DNA of 64,000 nt from Paramecium tetraurelia (GCA_000165425.1 CT868652.1:248001-312000); one strand, 5' to 3'. Positions 13,867 through 28,440 are shown, counted from the stretch's first letter. The notes: generated by a model not told the origin, from the sequence alone. Translations and numbers: made by a program.

Positions 13867-15916
13867 ATGAACCTACTCAGTAAAATATTGAATCACTAAG
13901 GAAAAAGGAGTGAAACTTCGAGTATACCAGTTGATGATGTCAACTGAAGATATTAACAATTATAAAGCTAGGTCATTTAGGAGGGTGACAAGAATAATTT
14001 TATAGTATAATGTTGGCAAACTCTCATTCATTCAAAATAATTGAGAAGCAGCATAAAATAATTGAAATTCTCATATGAATATAACTTCTATATGTTCAAA
14101 TCTATAATAAAATGTAATATCCTATTTTCATAAGACATAATTAATCATTCAATAAATTGAGCCTTCTTTAATAGATAACATCCATAGAAGATGAATACTT
14201 ATGTTATTATAAAGTGATAATTTTGAATTGAAAAGAAAAGTTTGAGAGCTATTTCATACAAAATTAATCCTTAAATGAATAAATACAAATATATGACTAT
14301 TTTGAATAGAATAGTTAACATATAAGTATATAAAATTGTTAACAGATAGTGAGATGTTCATATATGTTGCCATTAGATTAAAAAATAGAAGTGACAAAAT
14401 ATTAAAATACAAAATACAATTAGAAGCTATGTATGAATAATTTTGAATAGGTTAAAAGAGAGACAGAAAATAAATATTGAAATTGATAGAGGTATATATC
14501 AAAATGAAGAACTAGCAAATCAATTGAGAACAAACCTAGTGGCAATTTGAAATTTGGATTAGCTTCTGAGAAACTAGAATCAAAATAGATCCAAATTAAT
14601 GAGTTAATCAGAATAGAAACACATTAGTCTACTTTGAATATAAATATTAAATAATTTTTGTATTTTATCAAGTGAATCGTTATCATCGAGCAAGATGATC
14701 AAATCCTTATAATAGTATACTTAATTATAAATATAATATTAAACAACTCAAAGAAAAATGAAAAAATTTCTTGAAAAACATATGAGCAATGATTTCAGTA
14801 TCCGTATGAATAATTTATCATAAAACCATGGTAATTAGTGAATATTAATTGAATAGAGTATCAATTAAACCAATACAAATGCTCTTCTCCAGTAGTTTTT
14901 GGGAGTAGATTTGCATCACCTTCTCCATTCAGATCAGTTACTCCAATATAAGGATAATTGTCTCCGGCAAATCAATCTCGCAGAGAAAGTGCGTTTTCAA
15001 GAAACTCTGACAACTTTGATTTTTCAGTTAAAGAAAAATCAAAAATATTAAATAAGCCCATTACTTAATACTTTAAAAAACAATAAGAATATTATGATGA
15101 AGAAGAATGCAATATTGATTACTTTTTTGATAAAGAGCAGATCATTATCGAAGAGTAAGAACTTTTACATGCAAAGCTTAGAATGATTCGCGATGATTTC
15201 AATTTTAAAATCTAACAATTAGAAGATTGTAATTAATTATCTAAGACTTAAGAGAATACCTGAGAGAAAGATAATCGATTTTACAAAATCTTTCAATTTC
15301 TGTTAAGGAAGAGCAAGACAGATTTAATGAACATTCAAAATAAAGTAAAAGAAAAAATAAACAGTATGAAATGCAGCATACAAGAACTGATTCCATTAAT
15401 AAACAAGATTCAAAAAGTGATTCATAGCCAATCCAAATAGAAATAATGAGAGCAGCTAGTTCAATGAAAGAATAGAGAGTAGATCCTAATCTTGATAGAA
15501 GAGATTTTTTAGATATAAGACGTGAATCTCGCCATGAATCTATTAATGGCTATAGTTCTCATCATCGAAGAGAGTCATCGTATAAAACAGTTAAGTTGAG
15601 GGAATCCAGAGTTAAAAGAGAAGAATCACTTAAAGGGGACTCTGTTAAAGATGAGTAACCATTGAAGAGTGCTTTAAAAAAGAAAGACTTCAACAGATAG
15701 ACCTATAATTGTCAGGATGATTCATAAGATGATTGGAAATTTATTAAAGAGGCTAAAAATAATTTAGAAAAACAAAAAACTTAATTAGATGATAAATAGT
15801 CTCCTAATAAAGTTAGATTTGTAAATTAAGAGAAATCTTAAAAAAAATAATAAGATAAAGTAGTAAAATCAAAATATTTAAATGATATTGACATTTTCTT
15901 AAAATGTAGATATTGA
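13867..15916 (+). CDS. Hypothetical coiled-coil / low-complexity protein (5' end uncertain)
   Basis: Long K/E/Q-rich coding-like stretches in code 6 (e.g. SRFASPSPFRSVTP, VKLRESRVKREESLK) ending DIDIFLKCRY-TGA; start and intron structure not resolved. Confidence 0.55.
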
Positions 15917-16377
15917 ATAAATATACATATTATAAAAAGCCTTTATTCTATTTAATTAATATTCTCTTTACTCTCTTATAACCATATATTTGATTATTTA
16001 GATATTCTAATATTTCAATATTTCCAATATAACGTGAATTTAGATTAAATTATATTAATTTATAATTAATTAATGTTACTAAGATACTTCTATCTTCCTT
16101 GTTATCAAAATTAAATGATAGGTTTTTATGATATGTTAATCTGTAATATATTTTTATAAGACTATATTTGAAATTAATAATTATTCTAAAAAATAATCAT
16201 GTTTAAAACATATATATTACTTTTAATCCTAATCATTTGATCATCAGTGCTATTAAGATCCATGAATTAATCAACATTATTATATAAACAAAAAATAATA
16301 TTCTTCTAATTATTAATTCAGTATTATTATTATAATTGGCAGATCAATAAATTATGTTATTATAGAAAATTATAACA

Positions 16378-19153
16378 TCAAATTTAACTATTGACACGAT
16401 ACAATGACCTTTTGAAGGCATTTGGCAAGGGCTGCTTCTGGATAAATATAAATCTATATTTATTGGAGGAAATATTAATTTTATAGAGTTTTTGTAATTT
16501 CTACTATTATTAGTAAGAATTGAGAACATTTAATATATTATTGTGAGGGAAGTAGATTTGAAATGTTTCCATTTTATCTAATTCAAAATTGTATGAATGG
16601 AATGATTGTATATGTTCCAACTGATTAAATTGATGATTACTTTTTGTTTAAGAATTATTAGATGAGTTCATTACTTGTTAATGCAATTATTATTGATCAC
16701 TAATTTAAAGATATTAGTTATTGACATATCTTTTAGATTGATCCTAAGAGGAGTTATATAGTGATTTTTTATATTGCTTAGTATTAGGACTATCACTATT
16801 GTGCCGATTAGATTTTTAGATAGACTCTAAGTTAATGAATTTTATATACTTTTTTCCTCCATTCCTGGTTATTCAGGATTAGTAACCCATAGAGAGATAC
16901 GTTTTTTAATATGTTAGGTAATTTCATCGTTTAGTAGAATGTTTTGATGTTCACTTTCAAGAACACTAGAGTTTTATCTATTTTCGGAATCTTCAGAGAC
17001 ACTTTATTCATCCTATTGTTGTATTTTATTGGGAGGATCATGCTCTTCATGATTATTGAAGATTCTTTGAAATCTCAAATTTTTGCGAGTAAATGAAGAT
17101 CTATCTTGTTTGGAATTGAACAATTCTCTTTTTACAAGGAATTCTGTATCGGGTTTATAAGTGATGTAATGGCAATTATTGATTAGGTGATCTCCTTAGC
17201 AAGCAGCACATTTAATTGATAAATCTTAATAATGAAATAAAATCTTGTCTCTCATTTCACAATACTTTTAAAAGTCAATTGAATTCTCGGTTATGATATC
17301 AAGAAAGGTCTCTCTGCTCATTCTATATATTGAACTAAAAGTAGTGCTAATAGCTTTTGTTTATCTCTTTTGGGAAGTTAAAAATTCAAACTCTCCGAAA
17401 CATTAACCTTTCGAGCATTTCTATATGATTTTATTAGTTTTGTTATCAATAAGATTGATTTCCCCTTTTTGAATTATATATATTGAATTTTCATCAATGG
17501 AGTTTGATTGGAATATGATTTCTCTAGGTGTATATTGCTGAATACTCATTCTGCATGCAATCTGATGAATAGTGGATGGTTAAAAATTCTTAGTAAAGAA
17601 ATCAATACAGTTAATTGCTCTAATTTAAACATCTTCCAATAATTCTTATTTTAGATTATAAGACAACTTCTCTATAATTGAATTAATTTCTTATTTATTC
17701 CCTTTTACTTATTGTTCATAATAATATTTTAAGTAGTTCCTGACTCTGCTTTACAATTGCAAGGAAACTTCATTTTAGTTCATATATTGGTTGATCAACA
17801 TAAGATTCCTTTTATAAGACTACTTTTGTAAATCAATATTTGAGAATATCACCCCAATTGCATTTATTGAAAAAGCAAATACCACACTAGCAAAGAATAT
17901 CATAATAATTGTACACAGAACTTCATAAATGTTTTATGGAGTCACATCGCCATATCCAACAGTTACCATTGTAGCAGTTGCCCAATAAAATGAGTAGCCA
18001 TATTTATGAAATACTGCAGAATTTTCTAAATTCTGTTGTTGAATCCATGAATTTGAGAAAGAAGATTAACTCATGTTACCAACATAATACCAAATGCAAG
18101 CCATAAAATGAGCAAAGTAAAAGATTAAAATAATTAATTGAGACAGGCTGACAAATTCGGTAAAGTTCGATTGAATCGCAAACATCTCTCCATACTTGTT
18201 AATAGTTTTCTTGAGTTTAATGAAATTTAAAGTAAATTGTATTAATACTATAACTTCAGGGAAGAAATATATTGTTATGGGATCACTGCCAATAACAAAA
18301 GTCAACGTAATTAGATAGATAGCATCTTCATATAATTCATAGATGATGTAGTGTTTCATAATCTTAAGTCTATCATAGACTATTTGTCCTTGATCTATCA
18401 TACCTCTATTCAATTTAATTAATAAATCAACTCCAAATAAATAGATAAGTAAATTTTCAATTTAATTCATTGCAGAAGTCTTCGGTGGATCAAATGATAT
18501 CTTAAATGGTACCCACCATAGCAAAAACATTATTTAAATAAGTCTTAAGAATTGCCAAAACATATAAAATTTACCTGTTGGATTTATTATTGGAATTTTG
18601 TGTTATTATTAAACATTGTCTATGCTCTTCAGCAACTCCATATGAACTTAATCAAATCTGGATTCTTGTTATGAATTTTTTTGGTGATGCTGATTTTTGT
18701 GAATGTATTACTCTTCCAAAAAACTAAGTAATTATTCATTTGGATGACGAGGATATATGTGGGCATTTTGAAATAGTTTCTCCTTAAATTTTTTCAATTG
18801 GTTCTTCTGTTTGATTAATTGCATAATCTTGCTGCCTCTTGCATTTTAAATTCTGTCTTATGGGAATTAAGATGCTGTCTTACATATATACTAATTGATT
18901 TACATAATAATTTGATGTTTTCTTTAGATTAGCTCTAGCTTGTCTCAACTATTTATCGTGTGCTATTTCATCGTTTGATCTCTCGTATACAGGACTCATA
19001 TCTTAACTATCCAATTAATTTTTTTGAATTTGATTAGCGTTCATCTGAATCAATTAAGGTTAGAATTTATCTGAAAAACGTGAAGAACCTATACTAATAA
19101 TCAATTGAACTTTAACTTATGTTGATCGATCTTGCTGATTCCTGCTAATCCAT
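16378..19153 (-). CDS. Cyclic-nucleotide-binding-domain K+ channel (EAG/CNG-like)
   Basis: S5 FAHFMACIWYYVG; pore YWATATMVTVGYGDVTP; C-linker; cNMP domain SIYIIQKGEI..GQCFGEFEF..R..AIS; C-terminal YFPHNN motif. Confidence 0.93.
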
Positions 19154-19573
19154 ATTATTTTATATTGATAGCGAATTATATAAATATTTATATCAATAAT
19201 TAAATGCGATTCTTATTCTTAGAAGGAATTTATATTAACTTAAGCAAATTAAGGTAAAATAAATTTATTTCCTTGAATATCCTCATTTAATAAATACTTA
19301 AAATTGAATATGTAGATATTAATGATAATTAGGAACATCTGCAGTTAGGATATCTTAAGACACCAGAATAAAAGAAAATATTACATATTATATATTACAT
19401 TCTCTTATTCTGCATATTTATCATAATAAATATTATTTCTTTCTTAATTCTTATGATCCTCATCAAACAAGGTTATTAAAAGGAAGTTTTTCAAGATATT
19501 TATCAATATTATTAGCTATTATTTCTCTTATAATAATGAGTCATTAATAAACTAATAATAAATTTAACTGTTA

Positions 19574-20286
19574 ATGAGATCTACCTATTCTCCTGTATAA
19601 TTTTTATCTTATGCCTATAGATTAGATCATCTCCTTGTAAATTCGATATTCCAATTACAAAATGTACAGAAATACAATAGAGGTTGGATTATCAATCATG
19701 GAGTGATGTCAAAAAAGGAATACGTGATAAAGTATAATCAAGAGTATAAGGATTCGAAAATCAGAAATTTATTTAGAAGAGTGATCTTTTGTATAATTTT
19801 AAGAATTCAGATTAAAAATTATCATCCTAAGCATTAGCATCACGCTCATCAACTTCTTATGTGAAAAATCACTTGGAAAACAAATTTCCAAAATAGGAAT
19901 CTCCTATAAAAATGGGTCTGACTCATGCCATCTATTCTCCAAGTCAAAAACAATCGAACCCGGTTGATGATATTAAACGAAGTAATATATATCCATCTGC
20001 TTTTGGATCCTTTACTGAAAAGGATAATTATAAGACTCACTCATCAAAAAGAGATTTAATGGGTGCCTTTAAATCCAGTTCTGATATCATTGACTTTTCT
20101 CGAAAGAGTAAACCAATTACAGAGAGAGTATCTTTAACAGAAATAATTAAAATCTCTAATCACTTATCTGATTTATAATAAACAGACATTTCATCCTTAA
20201 GTAATGGTTACCTTTCAGAATTAGTAGGATTATAATCGAACATAAACAAACTATTAAAAAATGCAAATAGCAAATTCTACAAATGA
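19574..20286 (+). CDS. Hypothetical S/K-rich protein
   Basis: Continuous code-6 frame after one 26-nt intron; includes the ORF-track segment 19912-20178; ends in TGA at 20284-20286. Confidence 0.65.
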
Positions 20287-20317
20287 ATTATCTATAAATA
20301 AATATATTGTATTAATA

Positions 20318-21558
20318 ATGACGTCTCAAATATTTAAGGATCTTTAGCCCGATTAAGAAATTAGTTGCTTGATAGGTGATGTGGGAGGAACAAATGTTCG
20401 TCTCCAACTCGTCAAGATCTCTCTCAAGTTGACATATCAAAAAGCTCCTTAACTTAAACCATATACAACCTATAACACAGATTTGTATCCTCAATTCCAA
20501 GACTACATTGTTGAATACTTGAAGGATGTATAAAAGGATAATCTTCCTTAATTTGCCATTATAGGTTTGTACTGATATCTATATCCTAGGCATTGCTGGG
20601 CCAATCAAAAATAATTCCACTTTGATGGCTAACACTAAATGGTCTTAAGTAGATGGAAATGCCATTGGACAAGCACTCAACATTAAACCATTTCTCTTAA
20701 TTAATGACTTCTAGGCAGTGGCATATGGAATTTTGGGACTTTAGCAAACAGACTTGATCCAATTGAATCCAAAAAATCCAAATCCAAAAGAAAATTCAGT
20801 CAAAACTGTAATTGGTCCTGGAACTGGATTGGGTGTAGCAAGATTAATTCCATCTTTGAAAGAGAATCATGCATGGGAATACAATATTTGGTAGTGAAAA
20901 TTAACTATTTTTTAGGCCTTGTGAAGGAGGACACGTAGGATATTCCCCATCCAACGATTTAGAAATAGAATATCTTTAATATTTGAGAAAGAGATTAGGT
21001 TTGGGTTAGATAGTTGCAGAAAAAGCAATGGCCGGTTAAGCTGTTCCATTTATCTATACCTTTTTAAAGGGAAGACTTGGATTGGAGTCTTAAATTGAAA
21101 AGGATCTTGATTAAGCCTTATTTGAAGTAATCCTTGCTATTTATGATTTCAGGATAAGAATGATTTCAAATAATTCCCATCGACATAAGTATTTTAATAT
21201 GGTGTTGAGAAGAAAGATGAATTATGCTAAAAAGTTGTGGATTTCTTCTTAACTAGTTATGGAACAGTTATCGGAGATCTAGTTTGCAATACTATGCCTT
21301 ATGGAGGTATTTATTTGTTTGGCAATATCTCTATTGGAGTTGCCAATTACATCATCAATAATCCATAAGTCAATTTTTTAGTAATTATTTCTGAATTATA
21401 GGTTTCAGTAAGACTACGTTAAATATAGACCTCATTTAGCTGAGATTTTCGATTAGATACCTATTTATGTGATCAAATAGGCTTCCTTAGGATTAGAAGG
21501 TGCTTATTAGGCAGCATATAGATTGTTAGAGTATAATGACTATGAAAAAGAAATTTGA
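20318..21558 (+). CDS. glk: Glucokinase, bacterial Glk family (ASKHA fold)
   Basis: LIGDVGGTNVRL, IAGP, LINDFQAVAYG, VIGPGTGLGVA, EGGH, GGIYLFG and LGLEGA motifs; introns present, e.g. 20565-20589 (25 nt). Confidence 0.93.
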
Positions 21559-21771
21559 TGAACAATCATTATTTATCATTCAATCAAACGTTTAAAAATA
21601 ATTTAGTTCCTCAAAAGAATTAAGAAATCCTAAATATTAATGTCGAATAATAGATATTTTATTACTCAAATAATGTCTTGAATGTGTTTGATTAATAAGA
21701 AACAAGGTTTATTAGCAAAAAAATAATAGTTAGCTATAATCGATAAATCAGATATATTAGTTTTATTGTAT

Positions 21772-23175
21772 TCATCTTTTGACAACATGGCTTGTTTTGT
21801 TTTTGCCCTGATTAACATGAACAATAATTTTGTCTTCATCTTTTTTTACATGCTATAAGGAACTGACTTTATCTTAAAGTTCCCTATTTCTGCTACGTAA
21901 TAAGTCTTCAAGTTATCTAACTTTGGCCAGCAGGATCTCATAATTATGTTTTCTAATTAGAAGTAAATTGATACAGATCATCTCTCTCATTTAGAGAATC
22001 GTCAAGTTAAATTTTAAGATTAGCAATTACTTATTGTAATTCTACAATCTTTCTCTTTAACACTCTGATTTCTTCTATTAATTCCTCATCTTCAGATTCA
22101 CTTTCCACTTTCTTTTAAACATTTTGCTAAACAACAATAGGTTATCTAGCAGGCACTCTTTCTCTGATAATTCTTTCGACTGGAACAATCTTTTCGATTT
22201 CTATTATTCTTTCAATTGGTTTTTCCACAATCACTTATTAAGGCACATGTTGAATAATAGTCTATACTTTATCCTTCTTCTTAGCCAATTTAGCATCTTT
22301 TATTCTAATTTCTCTTTCTAATTATTCGATTCTTGATTCCAATACTCTATCTCTAGATGGAGAATGCTCTATAGCTTATGGTTTGATTGATTCTAAATGT
22401 TCCAATCTCCTACATTTGGTTTTCCACTCCTCGCACTCATGTGTTTTGTCTTAGAGTTGTTATTTGAGTTTCTATTATTTTAACTAACATTTCATACTTC
22501 TAAATCAAATAAAATTTGTTGATATTTTTCATCAAATTAAGCCAATTAAGATTTCAGTTTATAAATCTGATCTTCCAATGATTTCTTTTCAAATTAAAAT
22601 TCTTAGAGCAATATTTATTTTTATTAATTCTAAATACAATTAAATAATATAGTACTAATTCTCTATTCAATCTTTCTCTCCAGAATTATTCTTATTCATT
22701 TAATTTCTGTAAGTGAAAGTTACTTTGATTTTCCATTTCTTATTTGTAATATTTGATCTTATCCTTTTTTTTAAATATGACTTCTTTTAATTTTGCATTC
22801 TCAGCTTGGAATTATTGCAAACCAGTTTCTGCTGCTTACAACTTTTGAGTTAATACATTAATTTGAGAATCCTTCTAATGGATTTAGGGCTCATATTGTT
22901 AAACCAATTCATTTAAAGATTTTTACTATAGAATTAGAATAAAGTAATACTAGAATCCTTTCACTTTCAGAAAGAAGATTTATTTTTAATTCTTCAATGT
23001 CAATATGATATCTGTCTTCCAATTCCATCAATTGCATTCTCAATTATTCTCTTTCATTGATAATAGCTCCATTAATATCAGGTTAAGTTGTCTGTACCAA
23101 GCATTACTTTTAACTCACACATTAAGTTAAAGGAATTTGACAAGACTGATAGGGTTAGCAAGTTGGATAATACAT
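21772..23175 (-). CDS. Coiled-coil protein with an alveolin/epiplasmin-like V/I/E/P-rich segment
   Basis: Q/E/K heptad-rich frame with short introns; segment HVPQQVIVEKPIERIIEIEKIVPVERIIRERVP. Confidence 0.65.
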
Positions 23176-23552
23176 TCGTTAAAAATTAAATTATAATTAT
23201 TAATCAAAACCAAACCTACTTTTAAGAAAATCAAACAAAAAATAGGAATAAAGAATAATCACCCTAAATTTCCAAGTACTGCCAATTGTATGATATATCA
23301 TTCTTCGGATTAAACATATAATTAATATTTTAGACTTAATTATTTAACAAGGAATAATTAGTTATTCAAATTCAGATGGTATTAATGTTTTAGAAAGTAT
23401 TTACGAATTATTGGGATTTTTAAATTATATTTAAATGCTGTTATACTTTTACAAAGTGTTTATAAATTCTTTTTCAAAAAATATTTAATATAGGGGTGTC
23501 TATACATTTCTTCTTCATTTTAATAATATTAATAAATATATTAAATATTAGT

Positions 23553-25495
23553 ATGAATATTGAATAGTTTTGACTATTTCTCATGGTTTTATTAATTTTT
23601 ATTAACAATAAATTATCAAAGCAGTTTAGAATTAAATGAGAAAAACTCATTCTCCATAAGGTTTCTAGTATTTTATGAAAAGAAGATATGAGTAAAGGTT
23701 TCCAAAATTTAAATTTTAAGAGCCAGGGGAAACATATGGATTAATGCCAAGAATTACTCCTAGTTCAAATCTTAAAACTGAAATCATTTAAAACAACTCC
23801 ACAGAATAAATTTATCCGCATTTAAAGAAGAGAATTGCCAATAGTTAATCAAAAGAGAAAAGTGATGATTCATGCATTCTAATTGGTAATACATTAAAGT
23901 CACTTGAGAGAAGAGTAATGAAACCAAGGATATCCTATTAACCAGAGATCTCACCTAATAAGTAGGTTAGACTCAGAAGCAAATCCATAAAAAAATAACC
24001 GAAGTTTGATGGGATATATTATGAAGGGGAGAAATTTTGTTAAGAATAGGACTTTTAAGAGAAATATGCAAACATGAGATAGTATTATAATTATGTCAAT
24101 ATATCGAATGGCTTATTCATAAAGCCTACAGTGAATTACTATAAGGCAAATGTATCAAAAAGCAACAATGGATAGCTAGTTAGGACTTTACTGAAATAAA
24201 GATGGTGGTGGTTAGTTGTGGATAATGATAAGGATAATGTCAATTTTCTATGGGAATCAGCAAGAAATGACAATTTCATTATTTCAATGCCATGTTCAGA
24301 ATAAGTAGACAGAAATGATAATTTTAATATTTAATAAGACTTTTTGGATGCTCAAACAGAATCCCATCCTTATGCAAAAATACTACCGAAAAACTTAGTA
24401 ATCTAAATGAATCTCTAAGACAAGCAAATTGGGAAATAGGGCAAACTATTAAATTACGAACAATGCTAGTAATTTTGCAACAATATTAGAATCTTTGAAA
24501 TTACTTCAACAACCAAAATCCATAATCATATACAAAACAACACACATCTAGGGTCTAAAAAGAACTTATTTCTGAATCTAAAGAAGTATTATGAATTAAA
24601 TTCCTTAAATGTATTTGAGTTTCTTCCTTTAACTTATCACATTAAGAATAAATATGATTTAGAAAATTACATAATCCATAATTTTGATACCAAAAAAATT
24701 TGGATTGTCAAACCAGGAGAATTAACCAATAGAGGGCACGGAATTTAAATCTTTTAAAATGTTAATGAGGTTAACATGTTTTTAAAAGGAAATCATTAAC
24801 ATAGAAATGGGTCATCAAAAACATTCATCGTTTAACAATACATAACTAACCCGTTGTTATATAATCAAAGAAAATTTGATATCAGATGCTTTATTCTATT
24901 TACAGGAATCAATGGCCGATAAAAAGGATACTGGTACTAAGATGGTTACATAAGAACTTCATCTAAAGAGTTTAATTTAAATAATTTGTAGAACAAAATG
25001 ATACATTTAACAAATGATGCTGTTTAAAAATATTCTGAAGACTATGGTAAATTTGAAAAAGGTAATAAAATATCCTTTGAAGAATTCAAGAAATACATAA
25101 CACCTGAAAAATTCAATTTAGTATATTAGAAAATGAAATAAATTGCATTAGATTAGTTTAAGGCTGCTGCTGAACTATTAGATCCATTAAAGAGAGAAAA
25201 TACATTTGAACTATTTGGATTAGATTTCATGATCGATGAATCATATAATACTTGGTTAATTGAAACTAACACAAACCCTTGTTTAGAATAAACAGGTCCA
25301 CTTTTGACAGGTTTCATGCCATAGTTGATTGACAATCTACTCAAACTTGTGATTGATCCCTTGTATCCTCCTCCCTAATTTTACTCTGCTAAGAAATTTG
25401 TTTATGAATGTTTGGATAATAAATTCGAACTTATATATGATTCTTCAAAATTGAAATTAAATAGAAAAAATGTAATTATTGATAATGAATTATGA
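23553..25495 (+). CDS. Tubulin-tyrosine ligase-like (TTLL) family protein
   Basis: WIVKPGELTNRGHGI, FIVQQYITNPLLYNQRKFDIR, IHLTNDAVQK, FELFGLDFMID..WLIETNTNP; start codon approximate. Confidence 0.92.
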
Positions 25496-25555
25496 AAAAA
25501 TAACAACTTACTTTTTATGTCATTTAATTAAATCTATATCATACATAACATATAA

Positions 25556-26821
25556 TCAGTCGAAGTAAATCATTTTAATTTTTTTTGCATATATTTAAAC
25601 CTTATTATTTAGACTAATTGTTAAATCTTCAACCACATTTTGAAAATTACTATCCCCTATTATTCTAATTATAAAGTCATCGCTACACTATCCTAAATAA
25701 CATACGAGAAATTTTAGAACAACTTCGTTGACCTGCATAATTTCATCGTTCAACATAGAAACCAAGCAATTCATAAGTTCCTAGTTATTGAGTAAGGATG
25801 AACCAAAATTCTAGTCTGAAGAGACTAATTCCAAGCAATCCAGAATAGATATAGATATTAGATACGATGCATAGGGATTATTAAGAAGAAGATCTAAGAA
25901 GGCATCAATAATCAAAGGCAGAAATCTCTTCTCTCTTTCTCCTTACAAAAATATATAATTAAAGCATTCCAAAGATTTGATTGCTTATGATTCGTTTGCA
26001 TACAAATTTTATCGCAAAGTTATTATTAATTCATCGTTGACAATCTTTTAATATATTTTTGGTTTAGCAATTTACATTAAGAGTAAAATCATCGAAATTA
26101 ATAATTTACTTATATCATATTATTATTGGTTTTCCCTTAAAAATTGTAAAATGAGTGACCAAGCGCATTGATTTGTAATGTGGTACTCATTTAATTCTTT
26201 CCAAAAATATTCGCTCGCATTTTGAAATTTTTTCATCATTTTACTAATAAATAATGCTTTATCAATAGTTATGCCTTATGTAATAAATTCTTTGCAACAA
26301 TATGTAAAAGACTATATTATATACTTTAATTACTTATTTTAAATCAGATAATTTTAAAAGATCCGACTCAATGATTGTTAACAATAATTGATCATATTTT
26401 TGTTTTTCTGTTGATTATGAAAACTTATGTTACATTTTCACTAAGAAACTTTAAAGCAAGGTTTTATATTTCTTGTTATCTTCAAAAAATTCCCTTAAAT
26501 CCTAATTATTTAGGACTTTATTGATTAAATCTATACTAAAAGCAATTGAAATATCGTCTTGATTAAATATTTAAAATAAATATTCCTGGATCGTTTCATC
26601 TAAATCATAATCATCAATACTCAAATACCATAATCTTTCTATTTGGATTTCTCTACACTATTCTGTTCATGAATTTTCTTTTCTTTTTCTGAATCCAACT
26701 CAGAAATCAACTTCTTCATCTCTTACTTTAAAACCCGCTTCTAACAAAATAAATTATGCAAAGATTATCTTCTTATTTGAACCCTAAAATTTTCTCGTTT
26801 ATTATATATTAGTTCATTCAT
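25556..26821 (-). CDS. Divergent importin-alpha-like / helical-repeat protein
   Basis: N-terminal KRENFRVQIRRQSLHNLFCQKR resembles an IBB motif; the rest is Leu/Ile-rich helical sequence with NQCAWSL (ARM-like). Confidence 0.45.
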
Positions 26822-27371
26822 GAAATTTAATTTGTTTAATTTTTGAACATTATATATAATAAAATCCTAGCTTATATTTGGGTGATAATAAATATAAGAT
26901 GTATCATCAATTATTAACATCCAATAATTGATTATATTATTATATCTCTCTATCATTATAGTAGTTAACCTAAAAATACTATTTATCTTTATGTGTTTAT
27001 TTATTTTTTAAGTTTCAAATAAAAAATTGATAGAAGCAATATATCTTACATTAGGTAGTTTTAACAAATATCGATTAAAAGTTGTAATCTTGATTAACAA
27101 AAATTAAATTAAATTCAAATAAAGCTCTAAATTTAGTACTCTTGTAAAATTAGTTTATTTTTAATGAAATATACAATTATTTTAATTATAAATCATTATT
27201 TTAATGATATACTTAATTCTTTTTATCAAAAAAAGGCTTTTGTACTATCAAGCCTGGATGATTAAAGATGAGTTGCTACAACTTAATTGGAATTATTAAC
27301 AGGATTGATATTTATAAGATTAAAAAAGATCATATTTGTAATTAATATTTTTTATTTATTATTGTAAACAA

Positions 27372-28126
27372 TCAACTATTCATTTGTTTGACTAATTAGT
27401 TGATCTTATCTTAGATTTTATTTTATCTCTTAATTGTTTTAAATTCTTGAATTGTGGAAAATCCAATTCCTGTTTGAGGATCTTTGTATTTTGTTTTTTG
27501 AGATTTTTCATTTTTTTTACTGGTATTGAGGAATAGCTAAGGGTATTCACCTTTTTCAAAATTAATAAATTATAAAGTTTTCTCATTTTAATTATCTAAT
27601 TATCTTATAATTGGGCCATCAATCACATTTTCTCTTTCAACTTTAATCTTCTTCTTGTCCTCCTCAATTTGTATCAGGTATTAAAGTGAAACTCTAATAT
27701 AATTATAAAATTATACTTATTGCGCAATTCTGTTTAGACAGCTTCTCGGATTAAATATTCTTGATTGAAATGATCATGAATGTAAGAAGTTTTACTAACA
27801 CTACGAATAACTCTAGTTTTTTCTTTATCCACCTTTTTTGTAGTTGATTTATGAGATTGATTATCTTCCTCAGATTCTTCTGAATCAGATGAATCAATAA
27901 AATCTGAATCAAAACTATCCTCTTTTTAGTTTTCCTTTTATTAATAAGACTCATCATCATCAATATTATCTTAATTAAAATATTTGTTATTATTCCAAAA
28001 GTCGTCTTCTTCAGGTAATTCACGTTTCATCAAATAATTCATTTTTTCTCCTCTTCTTTTTCTAAATTCCATTTATTTGATTGCTGGCTCAATATTTTAT
28101 TCTTGCCTTTTATGATTTCTACTCAT
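27372..28126 (-). CDS. VPS72: Vps72/YL1 (Swc2) H2A.Z chaperone subunit of SWR1
   Basis: N-terminal RKRRGEKMNYLM..EEDDFW..YF..DDESY..DSFDSDF; middle SLQYLIQIEEDKKK..GPII; YL1_C-like KYKDPQTGIGFSTIQEFKTI. Confidence 0.8.
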
Positions 28127-28440
28127 TAATTTAATAAAACGAGAGTAATAATATTAATTTATAATTAAAAGTTTGATAAAATTTACATTTGAGAATATGA
28201 ATATCTATATATAAATCGCTCCTTTGAATAAAAAATATTCAGATAGAAATTTTACTTATTTATAAATATTTACTTTATAATTATATCTAAATGACATACC
28301 AATTAGAAGTGACATATGTTCAACCTGGATCAATTTAATATATATGATTAAAAGTTCTAAGTTCTCATAGATTCATAGAAAGGTTTTTGGATTTCAATAT
28401 CAGATTAATCAAAAATTATAAATAAAATTCTATAATAGAA

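Noticed and set aside
27241..27310. Possible C/D snoRNA in an intergenic gap (GGATGATT...)
   Set aside because: No proper box C (RTGATGA) / box D (CTGA) pair or terminal stem
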